From contig DATJJY010000094.1 of the NCBI GenBank assembly GCA_035491895.1, positions 33,025-97,024 on the forward strand: DNA of 64,000 nt. The letters are read 5' to 3'. This document shows, in pieces, positions 15,432-22,693 of this stretch. The notes under the pieces are model-generated. The model did not search any database. It saw only the letters and a list, made by a program, of their open reading frames with translations, and was not told where the DNA came from. Within the stretch, counting starts at the first letter, position 1. Each line of letters begins with the position of its first letter. Both the position numbers and the translations under genes were made by a program. The stretch comes from Gemmatimonadales bacterium (GTDB lineage Bacteria; Gemmatimonadota; Gemmatimonadetes; Gemmatimonadales; GWC2-71-9).

Positions 15432-18061
15432 AGCGACTCCTGCGCCGCATCCGGGCGCTGTTCCGGGGCGAATCGTTGGACCGCGAGCTGTCCGACGAAA
15501 TCCGCCAGCACCTCGAGCTCGAGACCGAAGACCTCGTACGTACGAAGGGTCTCACTCCCGAGGAGGCCCGGCGGCAGGCGCTCGTCGCCTTCGGTGGAGT
15601 CGAGCGGTACCGCGAGGCGCAACACGACGCGCGCGGTGTGCGCTGGATCGAGGAATCTCTGGCGGACCTGCGCTACGCGTCCCGCGTCCTGTTGCGCAGC
15701 CCGGGCTACACGATCCCGGCGATCCTCGTGCTCGGGCTCGGGATCGGCGCCACGACCGCCGTCTTCAGTGTGGTGGCGACGGCGTTCGGTCGGCTCCCGT
15801 ACCCGAATGACGAGCAGCTGGTGCGGATCTACGAGCAGAACTCGCCGACCAATCGCTGGACCAACTCGGTAGCGGACTTCCAGGCGATCGAGGGCCAGGC
15901 GCATACGCTGAGCGCGGTGGGCGCGCTCTCGTTCCGCTCGGTGCCGGTCGCCGCGGGCGGCGATCCGCAGACGCTGACCGTCACACCGGTGACCTCGGGG
16001 TTCATGCGCGCCCTCGAGGTCCGGCCGATCATCGGGCGCCCGATCCAGCCCGCCGACGACCCGGTGGGTGCGCCGCCCGTCGTGGTCGTGAGCGATGCCT
16101 TTGCCCGGCGCACGCTGGGCGGCGCCGCGGTGGTGGGGAAGAGCATGATGATCGACGGCCGGGCCCACACCGTCATCGGGATCCTGCCGCCGGGGGTGCG
16201 CCGCCTGGCCGGGATTCGGTCCGACCTCTGGCCGGTGCTGCAGCTCGGCACCCCGACGCGGCGCGGGCCGTTCGGGCTGCTCGTCATCGGCCGGCTCAAG
16301 TCCGGTGTGACGCTGGAGGCGTGCCGCAAGGATCTCGCCGACGTGAGCCACCGGCTGCAGGGAGTGTGGTCCGATTTCTCCGACGCCGAAGCGCGTCTCA
16401 CCCCGTACTCGCTGCGCCGCATGATCCTGGGGGACGGGGCAGGCACCATCGGCGTCTTCGCCGCCGCTGTGCTGCTCGTGTTGTTGATCGCGGTGGCGAA
16501 TGTGGCGTCGCTCACCCTGGTGCGGACGACGGGGCGGTGGCACGAGCTGGCGCTGCGTGCGGCGCTCGGAGCGTCACGCACGCGGCTCGTGCGCCTCGTG
16601 ACGATCGAATGCGTTGCCCTCGCATCGGCCGGCGCGGTCCTCGGGGTAGCGCTCGGCGCCGCGGGGTTGCGGCTGCTCCTCGCGATCGGACCATTCATTC
16701 CGCGGCTTGACGAAGCCCGGCTCGATACACGGGCGGTGGCATTTGCCGTCGCCCTCGCCGTCCTCGCCGGCATCGTCGTCGCCGCCTATCCCCTCGTGTC
16801 GCTGTTGCGGCGGGATCCGAGCGGGGCGCTCGCGGGCGGAGAGCGGACGGTCGGTGGTGGGCAACACGCGCAGACCGTACGGGGCGCGTTCGTCGTCGGG
16901 GAATTCGCATTGGCGCTGCCGCTGCTCGCGGTGGCGGGGTTGCTGCTCAACAGCTTCCTGCGACTGCAGCGCGTCGATCCAGGCTTCGCGCCCGAGCCGG
17001 TCGCCACCGCCCGGGTCTCGCTCCCCGTCGCGCGCTACGGCAACGATACCGTCCTGGCAGAGTTCTGGCGCCGGATGCTCCCCACGCTCGGAACGCTGGG
17101 CGGCGGTGTGACCCTCGTCTCCCTCGGCGACGCCCTGCCACCCGATGCCAACCAGAACTTCAACCAGAACAACTTCGATCTGATCGACCATCCCGTCGGG
17201 GAAGGTCGGCCGCAGCCGACCGCTTCGTGGATTACGGTGACGCGGGACTATTTCGGGACGCTCGACGTCCCGCTGCTCGAGGGCCGGCTCTTCACGCCCG
17301 CCGATACGGGGAGCTCACCGCCGGTCGTCGTCGTGAGCCGCGCCTGGGCACACCACTACTTCCCGGGGGAGAACGCCGTGGGACGCCAGATGATCGAGGG
17401 CGGCTGCATCGCCTGCCCGCGCACCACGATCGTCGGTGTCGTCGGGGACGTGCGCTACGACGGTCTCACCCTTCCCGGCGAGGCGATCTACGGGCCGATG
17501 GAGCAGGGCCCGTGGCGGCGTACCGTCCATCTCTTCGTCCGCACCCGCGCCGGCGGGACCGACGCCCTCCCGGCGATTCGCGCGGCGCTCCTGGCGTTCG
17601 ATCCCGGCGTGTCGATCGATCAGCCGCAGGCGATGCGGGAGGTGTTCGCGGGCTCGATCGAGGAGCCGCGGCATCTGACGACGCTGCTCTCGGGGTTCGC
17701 CCTCGCCGCGCTCGCGCTCGCCGCCGTCGGCATCTTCGGCCTGCTCTCCTACGTCGTCGCGGCGCGCCGCCGCGAGATCGGCGTGCGCATGGCGCTTGGC
17801 GCCGACCGCCGGGCCGTGGTGGCGATGATCGTCAGCCGGGGATTGTGGCTCGCCGGGGTGGGCGCCCTCATCGGGCTCGTGATCGCCGTGGTCGGGACGC
17901 GGTGGCTCGCGGCGTCGCTGTTCCAGGTGAGTCCAACGGATCCAGTGACGCTCGGGCTCGTGACGCTGGCGTTGCTCGCCGTGGCGCTCGTTGCGTGCTG
18001 GGTGCCGGCGCACCGCGCCGCCGCCACCGATCCGGTGCAGGCGCTGCGGGCGGAGGCCTAG
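15428..18061 (+). CDS. Duplicated FtsX/MacB-type permease ('ADOP' family), no adjacent ATPase
   Basis: ATGA overlap with the padR stop. N-terminus ...LADLRYASRVLLRSPGYTIPAILVLGLGIGATT. Two MacB_PCD/FtsX halves with ~8 TM segments. The PadR plus orphan permease pairing is typical of this family. Confidence 0.92.
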   Translation: MKRLLRRIRALFRGESLDRELSDEIRQHLELETEDLVRTKGLTPEEARRQALVAFGGVERYREAQHDARGVRWIEESLADLRYASRVLLRSPGYTIPAILVLGLGIGATTAVFSVVATAFGRLPYPNDEQLVRIYEQNSPTNRWTNSVADFQAIEGQAHTLSAVGALSFRSVPVAAGGDPQTLTVTPVTSGFMRALEVRPIIGRPIQPADDPVGAPPVVVVSDAFARRTLGGAAVVGKSMMIDGRAHTVIGILPPGVRRLAGIRSDLWPVLQLGTPTRRGPFGLLVIGRLKSGVTLEACRKDLADVSHRLQGVWSDFSDAEARLTPYSLRRMILGDGAGTIGVFAAAVLLVLLIAVANVASLTLVRTTGRWHELALRAALGASRTRLVRLVTIECVALASAGAVLGVALGAAGLRLLLAIGPFIPRLDEARLDTRAVAFAVALAVLAGIVVAAYPLVSLLRRDPSGALAGGERTVGGGQHAQTVRGAFVVGEFALALPLLAVAGLLLNSFLRLQRVDPGFAPEPVATARVSLPVARYGNDTVLAEFWRRMLPTLGTLGGGVTLVSLGDALPPDANQNFNQNNFDLIDHPVGEGRPQPTASWITVTRDYFGTLDVPLLEGRLFTPADTGSSPPVVVVSRAWAHHYFPGENAVGRQMIEGGCIACPRTTIVGVVGDVRYDGLTLPGEAIYGPMEQGPWRRTVHLFVRTRAGGTDALPAIRAALLAFDPGVSIDQPQAMREVFAGSIEEPRHLTTLLSGFALAALALAAVGIFGLLSYVVAARRREIGVRMALGADRRAVVAMIVSRGLWLAGVGALIGLVIAVVGTRWLAASLFQVSPTDPVTLGLVTLALLAVALVACWVPAHRAAATDPVQALRAEA

Positions 18062-18106
18062 CGGCGGCGCTCGAGCCCTATTTCGTAGAGGAGCAGAATC
18101 CTCGTC

Positions 18107-18373
18107 TCACGACGCGGCGGGCGGGACATGGCCATCCGCCGGCGGTGGCCCGCCGCGTGCCTGCGCCGCGACCTCCATCAGCGCCTTTCGGAACGCACCG
18201 GGAGTGGACCACTTGCCGAAGTTGACGGCGAGCCGCAGCGGGATGAGCCCGAGGCGGATGGCCGCCCGTTCCCCCTCGGTGCTGACCGCCCAGGCCTGCT
18301 TGGCGAAGGGCATCGCATCGCTCGCGGAATTGCTGGGCTTGCTCTGCTTCGGCCGGCTCATGGGCTCGGACAT
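18107..18373 (-). CDS. Small hypothetical protein (88 aa)
   Basis: ATG (cat 18371-18373) follows a GGGAGG RBS. Third codon positions are nearly all G/C. MSEPMSRPKQSKPSNSAS... with no recognised domain. Confidence 0.6.
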   Translation of the reverse strand: MSEPMSRPKQSKPSNSASDAMPFAKQAWAVSTEGERAAIRLGLIPLRLAVNFGKWSTPGAFRKALMEVAAQARGGPPPADGHVPPAAS

Positions 18374-18449
18374 TAGCGTGTAACCTCCCGGTACGGCAAC
18401 AGTTCCGGGATCGGAAACCACCACGGCATGATGTTCGTAGGCGTGTTTC

Positions 18450-19253
18450 ATGATCTCGCTGCTCGCTCTCTCCCTGGCGCTCTCGGCTCCCCCTCTCGCT
18501 CCCCTCCAGGGCGTTCCCGGAACCCGCTACACCTTCCGCATCACAGTTGGCAGCGACGCTCCCATCGTGGGGACGGTGCGGGAGGGAACGCATCGCGCGC
18601 GCGTCGATGTGCGCAAACGTGGAGAGAATGAAGACGACTATCTCGTGATCACGCACGACGGGCACCGGGTGATCTCGGTGCATCCGTCGGACGGCGAGTA
18701 CTCGGTGGTCGACGATTCGGTGTTCGAGCGCATCGCCGGCGTCGGCCTGCAGGCGGTGTCCGGCACCGGGGTGGTGCGGTTTCGCGTGCACGACGCCCAC
18801 ATCGGCTCCGAACGGCTCGGGTCGGGTGACGTGGTGGCGGGATTCGCGACCGAGCACTATCGCCTGCAGCAGGATTACGCCGTGGACGTCAGCGCTTTCG
18901 GAATGCGCGGCGATCCGGTGCGCCAGCGCGTGGTGACCGACTTCTGGGTCGCGCCGCGGGCGCACCTGCTGCCGAATCCGCTGATCGCCATGCTGTCGCA
19001 GATCGGTACCGTGCTGGCGCAGTCGGATCCTGATTTCGTGCGCCGTTCCACAGCGGTGCGCGACTCGCTCTTTTCGGGAACGCCGGTGCGGATCGTCGTC
19101 ACCATCGTGACCGATGCCAAGGACGAGGCCGACAAGCCGCCCACGGTGCATCGCTTCGAGATCACCGAGATCGAGAACGCCAACTTCGATCCCGGCATCT
19201 GGGAAATCCCCACCGGGCTGCACCGCAGAGAGGGAATCTCCTTTAACTTCTGA
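18450..19253 (+). CDS. Exported hypothetical protein
   Basis: 267 aa with a hydrophobic N-terminus MISLLALSLALSAPPLAPLQG. Coding-like composition. The overlapping 381-aa minus ORF is a shadow. Confidence 0.75.
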   Translation: MISLLALSLALSAPPLAPLQGVPGTRYTFRITVGSDAPIVGTVREGTHRARVDVRKRGENEDDYLVITHDGHRVISVHPSDGEYSVVDDSVFERIAGVGLQAVSGTGVVRFRVHDAHIGSERLGSGDVVAGFATEHYRLQQDYAVDVSAFGMRGDPVRQRVVTDFWVAPRAHLLPNPLIAMLSQIGTVLAQSDPDFVRRSTAVRDSLFSGTPVRIVVTIVTDAKDEADKPPTVHRFEITEIENANFDPGIWEIPTGLHRREGISFNF

Positions 19254-19255
19254 GG

Positions 19256-20116
19256 ATGCCGGACGTCGCGCTCGTCACCTACGGCGAGCTTCCGGACCTC
19301 AACCCCGACGATCATCCGCTGCGCGCCGAGCTCACGGCACGCGGCGCGCGGACGCACGCCGTGCGTTGGGACGACCCGAGCGTCGACTGGCGCCGCTTCG
19401 ACGTCGTCGTGCTGCGCTCCTGTTGGGACTATCACCTGCGCACCGCGCAGTTTCGGGACTGGCTCGCGGCGCAGGAGCACGCCGGCACTCCGCTCTGGAA
19501 CCCCGCGGCCGTCGTGCGCTGGAACCTCGACAAGACCTACTTGCAGGACCTGAAAGAAGCCGGCGTCGCAGTCCCCGACACGATCTGGATCGAGCCCGGG
19601 CCGGCCCCCAACCTGACCGCACTGGTGACGTCGCGGCCATGGGACCGCGCCGTCGTGAAGCCGCGCATTTCGCTCTCGGCGCACGACACGTGGATCACCG
19701 ATCGGGCCGGCGCGGCGCGCGACCAGGAGCGGTTCGCTCGACTCGTGTCGGAACGGGGCGTGCTGGTGCAGGAGTTCGTACCGGAGGTCATGAGCGCTGG
19801 GGAGTTGTCGCTGGTGTACCTCGACGGCCGGTTCAGCCACGCCGTGTGCAAGCGCGCGGGGCGCGACGACTTCCGCGTGCAGCGCCAATACGGTGGCTCG
19901 GCGGAGCCGGTGGAGGCGAGCCCGGTGGCGCTCGGTGGAGCGGCGCGTGCGCTCGCCGCCGTTCCGGGGCGCTGGCTCTACGCACGGGTGGACGGCGTGG
20001 AGCGGGAGGGGCGGTTTCTCGTGATGGAGCTCGAGGTGATCGAGCCGGAGCTGTTTCTCGTCTGGTCCGAGGAAGCAGCGCGTCGTTTCGCCGACGCGAT
20101 CCTGACGCGGGCTTGA
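19256..20116 (+). CDS. ATP-grasp-fold protein (RimK/glutathione-synthetase-like)
   Basis: 286 aa. Pre-ATP-grasp N-terminus, then ...NLDKTYLQDLKEAGVAVPDT...VVKPRISLSAHD...LVQEF...ELSLVYLDG...YARVDG...MELEVIEPELF. Confidence 0.75.
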   Translation: MPDVALVTYGELPDLNPDDHPLRAELTARGARTHAVRWDDPSVDWRRFDVVVLRSCWDYHLRTAQFRDWLAAQEHAGTPLWNPAAVVRWNLDKTYLQDLKEAGVAVPDTIWIEPGPAPNLTALVTSRPWDRAVVKPRISLSAHDTWITDRAGAARDQERFARLVSERGVLVQEFVPEVMSAGELSLVYLDGRFSHAVCKRAGRDDFRVQRQYGGSAEPVEASPVALGGAARALAAVPGRWLYARVDGVEREGRFLVMELEVIEPELFLVWSEEAARRFADAILTRA

Positions 20117-20179
20117 CGGCGGAGCGCCCGGTCCCCATATGAGGGCGGGACGTTCCGTCTGGTCGGCCTATCACGCGAC

Positions 20180-20749
20180 ATGGGGGTGCGCATGGAGCAG
20201 CGGATCGGCTTTGGAAAGCGCCTGGGAGCTCTGGCCCTGGACTGTGTCTTCGTCATCATCCTGTCGGTTGTCGGCGGGACGACGATCGGTGGCTGGTTCG
20301 GCGCCTACACCGGAGCCCTGACGGCCGGTGCGGCGAGCGCCGCCGCGAGCGCCTCGGGTGATGCGCAGGCGGCGGCTGCCATGGGCGGGATCTTCGGCGC
20401 TATCATCGGCATGGCCCTGGCCGCGACGGTGATCGGCACGGTGTATTTCCTGCTCGAGGGATTCACCGGGTACACCCTTGGCAAGTTCATTCTGGGGATC
20501 CGGATTGCGAGCGACGACGGGACGGCCGCCGGCATCGGCAAGCTGCTGTTTCGGTACCTGGTGAAGAACTCCAACCTGGTTTTGTCGCTGTTGGCGCTGT
20601 TCACGGGTGTGACCGCATTGGCGACACTGGGTAAAGTGGCGGGGTTGCTCATCTTCGTCGGGTGCTTCTTCACGCTCGGCATGAAGCGGCAGGCGTTCCA
20701 CGACATGATCGCGAAGACGGCGGTGTATCCGAAGGGGGCGATAAAGTAG
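20180..20749 (+). CDS. RDD-family membrane protein
   Basis: GFGKRLGALALDCVFV...YTLGKFILGIRI...GMKRQAFHDMIAKTAV matches the RDD domain pattern. The start may be the ATG at 20192. Confidence 0.85.
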   Translation: MGVRMEQRIGFGKRLGALALDCVFVIILSVVGGTTIGGWFGAYTGALTAGAASAAASASGDAQAAAAMGGIFGAIIGMALAATVIGTVYFLLEGFTGYTLGKFILGIRIASDDGTAAGIGKLLFRYLVKNSNLVLSLLALFTGVTALATLGKVAGLLIFVGCFFTLGMKRQAFHDMIAKTAVYPKGAIK

Positions 20750-20750
20750 A

Positions 20751-20870
20751 ACGGTAGGAGACGGTAGGGGGCGGTAGGAGACGGTAAAGGGAAACGGCCG
20801 AGGCAACGTTGCCCGGCCGTTTTCTCGTCTCACCCCTACCGTCTCCTACCGTTCCCTACCGTCTCCTACC
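20751..20870. repeat. ~120-bp near-perfect palindrome built from 4 x 10-bp GGTAGG-containing repeats per arm
   Basis: Left arm: ACGGTAGGAG ACGGTAGGGG GCGGTAGGAG ACGGTAAAGG. Right arm: CCCCTACCG TCTCCTACCG TTCCCTACCG TCTCCTACCG. The arms flank a central hairpin. Confidence 0.9.
20792..20824. terminator. Central hairpin AAACGGCCG(A)GGCAAC/GTTGCCCGGCCGTTT followed by a short T-run; likely terminator for the RDD gene
   Basis: ~15-bp stem with one bulge, then TTTTC on the + strand, 43 nt after the stop codon. Confidence 0.5.
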
Positions 20871-21084
20871 GCCGCGACAGCCCCACCCCGAACTGAAACA
20901 GCTCCACGCTCGTCTGATCGAGCACCTGCTGGCCGTTGAATTTCACTTCCGCGCCGGTCGAACACGTCGCCGTTTCGCGGATCGATCCGCCAGGTCATCG
21001 CGCAGATCGACAACAGCCTCGACAACCTCAACCCGTCGGGACCCGGGATCGGGCAGAGCCGTTCACTCACCCACCTGAGTTCGC

Positions 21085-21114
21085 TTGACCGCGGTGCTGG
21101 CCCCCCTCTACGTT
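21085..21114 (+). promoter_or_regulatory. Possible sigma-70 promoter for tRNA-Leu (TTGACC-N18-TACGTT)
   Basis: The -35 is a good match and the -10 is weak. It ends 9 nt before the tRNA 5' end. Confidence 0.3.
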
Positions 21115-21123
21115 TATTCCCAC

Positions 21124-21205
21124 GCCCTGGTGGTGAAACTGGTAGACACGCTGTCTTGAGGGGGCAGTGCCGTAAGGCGTCCCGGTTCGAATCCGGGCCA
21201 GGGCA
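21124..21205 (+). tRNA. tRNA-Leu (anticodon GAG)
   Basis: Hand-folded. Acceptor GCCCTGG/CCAGGGC. Anticodon arm CTGTC-TTGAGGG-GGCAG. Long variable arm. T-arm CCCGG-TTCGAAT-CCGGG. Collinear with E. coli tRNA-Leu(GAG) as I remember it. CCA is not encoded. Confidence 0.9.
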
Positions 21206-21207
21206 TT

Positions 21208-21315
21208 ACTGCTAGACGCCCAGACGCACCGGGGAAAACAGTGAACAGATAGAGATAGGTAGGCCTACCTGTCCCCCGTTTACTGTTCTCCCCGGTGCGT
21301 CTGTGCTCTAGCAGT
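21208..21315. repeat. ~100-bp hairpin element, family A copy 1
   Basis: CTAGACGCCCAGACGCACCGGGGAAAACAG...GGTAGGCCTACC...CTGTTCTCCCCGGTGCGTCTGTGCTCTAG. The arms are mutual reverse complements. It begins 3 nt after the tRNA. Confidence 0.9.
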
Positions 21316-21327
21316 GCCTGTTCTTGT

Positions 21328-21349
21328 TATATCAACAGATATTGATATA
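21328..21349. promoter_or_regulatory. Inverted repeat TATATCAA-N6-TTGATATA, candidate ArsR operator
   Basis: Perfect 8-6-8 palindrome in an AT-rich stretch, ending 8 nt before the arsR GTG. Confidence 0.6.
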
Positions 21350-21357
21350 TTTAGGAC

Positions 21358-21684
21358 GTGCCAACCGCCACCCTCCCTCACCTCGACCGCGCCACCAGCT
21401 GGTTTCACGCCCTCTCGGACCCGACCCGGCTCGAGATCGTCGTGCTGCTGTCGCATGGCGAGCGCTGCGTGTGCGAGCTGCAGGACACGCTCTCGGCGGC
21501 GCAATCGCGCCTCTCGTTCCACCTCGGCGTGCTGAAGGACGCTGGCGTAGTGACCGACCGGCGGGAAGGGCGGTGGGTGTACTACGCCCTCAATCGCGAC
21601 GTACTCGACGGGATCGCGGGGTTCGCCCAGGCCGTGAAGCCGGGGAAGCACGCGGGCAGCTGCCGCGCCGCGTGCTGCCGCTGA
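21358..21684 (+). CDS. arsR: ArsR-family arsenite-responsive repressor
   Basis: HALSDPTRLEIVVLLSHGERCVCELQDTL (CVC metalloid site in the HTH) plus a C-terminal Cys cluster SCRAACC. Directly upstream of arsM. Confidence 0.9.
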   Translation: MPTATLPHLDRATSWFHALSDPTRLEIVVLLSHGERCVCELQDTLSAAQSRLSFHLGVLKDAGVVTDRREGRWVYYALNRDVLDGIAGFAQAVKPGKHAGSCRAACCR

Positions 21685-21701
21685 TTTTTTTTCTGCAACA
21701 T

Positions 21702-21717
21702 ATCAACAAAACTTGAT
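21702..21717. promoter_or_regulatory. Second ATCAA-N6-TTGAT inverted repeat between arsR and arsM
   Basis: Same half-sites and spacing as the operator at 21328-21349. Preceded by a GGCAGC/GCTGCC stem and a T8 run just after the arsR stop. Confidence 0.45.
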
Positions 21718-21734
21718 GGACTGCGAGGATCGAG

Positions 21735-22541
21735 ATGGACGATATCAAGGAGACGGTGCGGGCACGGTACGGCTCGGCAGCGTTGCGCGTGCTGCAGGCG
21801 GGAGAGCGGGCGACGTGCGGCAGCGCGGCCACGGGATGCTGCGATCCGGTGACCACGAATCTCTACCAGGCGGCCGAAACCGAATGGCTCCCCGAGCAAG
21901 CCGTGCTCGCCTCGCTTGGCTGCGGCAACCCGACGGCGCTCGCCCAGCTCGTTCCGGGAGAAGTGGTGCTCGACCTCGGGTCCGGAGGCGGGATCGACGT
22001 GCTGCTCTCGGCACACCGCGTCGCCCCCGCTGGGAAGGCCTATGGTCTCGACATGACCGACGCGATGCTCGAGCTGGCGCGTGACAACCAGCGCAAGGCC
22101 GGCGTGACCAACGCCGAGTTTCTCAAGGGGGACATCGAGCACATTCCGCTCCCCGACGCGTCGGTCGACGTCATCATCTCCAACTGCGTGATCAATCTGT
22201 CCGCCGACAAGCCGGCGGTGCTCGCCGAAGCGTTCCGCGTCCTCAAGCCCGGCGGGCGGTTCGCCGTCTCAGATGTGGTGGTGTGCGGTGAGATCCCCGA
22301 CGCGGTCCGGCGCAGCATGGAGCTGTGGGTCGGCTGCATCGCGGGGGCGCTCGAGGAGCAGGAGTTCCGGCATCTGCTGCAGGCGGCGGGGTTTACCGAT
22401 GTCGACATCGAGCCGACGCGAATCTATGAGTTCGAGGACGCGAGGGCCGTGCTGAGCGGGGCCGGGCTCGACGCCGACACGCTCGCCCGGGAGGTGTGCG
22501 GGCGGATCAAAGGAGCGTTCGTGCGGGCACGGAAACCATGA
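21735..22541 (+). CDS. arsM: Arsenite S-adenosylmethionine methyltransferase
   Basis: N-terminal Cys pairs ([13 protein letters not shown]). SAM motif [12 protein letters not shown]. ...[12 protein letters not shown]... and ...[13 protein letters not shown]... are characteristic of ArsM. Confidence 0.92.
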   Translation: MDDIKETVRARYGSAALRVLQAGERATCGSAATGCCDPVTTNLYQAAETEWLPEQAVLASLGCGNPTALAQLVPGEVVLDLGSGGGIDVLLSAHRVAPAGKAYGLDMTDAMLELARDNQRKAGVTNAEFLKGDIEHIPLPDASVDVIISNCVINLSADKPAVLAEAFRVLKPGGRFAVSDVVVCGEIPDAVRRSMELWVGCIAGALEEQEFRHLLQAAGFTDVDIEPTRIYEFEDARAVLSGAGLDADTLAREVCGRIKGAFVRARKP

Positions 22542-22549
22542 GCTGGTAC

Positions 22550-22666
22550 CTGCACGACTAGACGCACAGACGCACCGGGGAAAACAGCGAACAGATGAGG
22601 CCGGGTAGGCCTACCTGAGACCCGATATCTGTTCTCCCCTGTGCGTCTGTGCGTCTAGTATTGCAG
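22550..22666. repeat. ~100-bp hairpin element, family A copy 2 (same orientation as copy 1)
   Basis: CTAGACGCACAGACGCACCGGGGAAAACAG...GGTAGGCCTACC...CTGTTCTCCCCTGTGCGTCTGTGCGTCTAG. About 85 of ~100 positions are identical to copy 1 by hand alignment. It starts 9 nt after the arsM stop. Confidence 0.9.
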
Positions 22667-22693
22667 TTTCCCGTCTTTTAGGTCGTAGACCTT

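Noticed and set aside
18078-19223. 381-aa minus-strand ORF covering the 18107-18373 and 18450-19253 genes.
   Set aside because: The translation is low-complexity (R/H/G-rich). The opposite-strand 267-aa ORF and the 88-aa ORF have RBS/signal-peptide features and a coherent GC3 bias.
19256-20116. ATP-grasp enzyme as part of a graspetide/RiPP cluster.
   Set aside because: No short precursor-peptide ORF with a repeated core motif is adjacent. The neighbours are a 267-aa exported protein and an RDD membrane protein. The enzyme looks RimK/GshB-like.
20751-20870. Could the 10-bp GGTAGG repeats be a CRISPR array or a replication-origin iteron cluster?
   Set aside because: The repeats are contiguous with no spacers and are far shorter than CRISPR repeats, and there are no cas genes. 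No dnaA/rep gene or AT-rich unwinding element lies adjacent, so an origin is unsupported. I kept it only as a palindromic repeat of unknown role.
21208-22666. Integron cassette interpretation of the hairpin elements (attC sites).
   Set aside because: The element ends are CTAG…CTAG and lack the RYYYAAC/GTTRRRY core sites. No intI integrase or attI is in the window. The unit also contains two genes with their own regulator and promoters, unlike typical promoterless cassettes.
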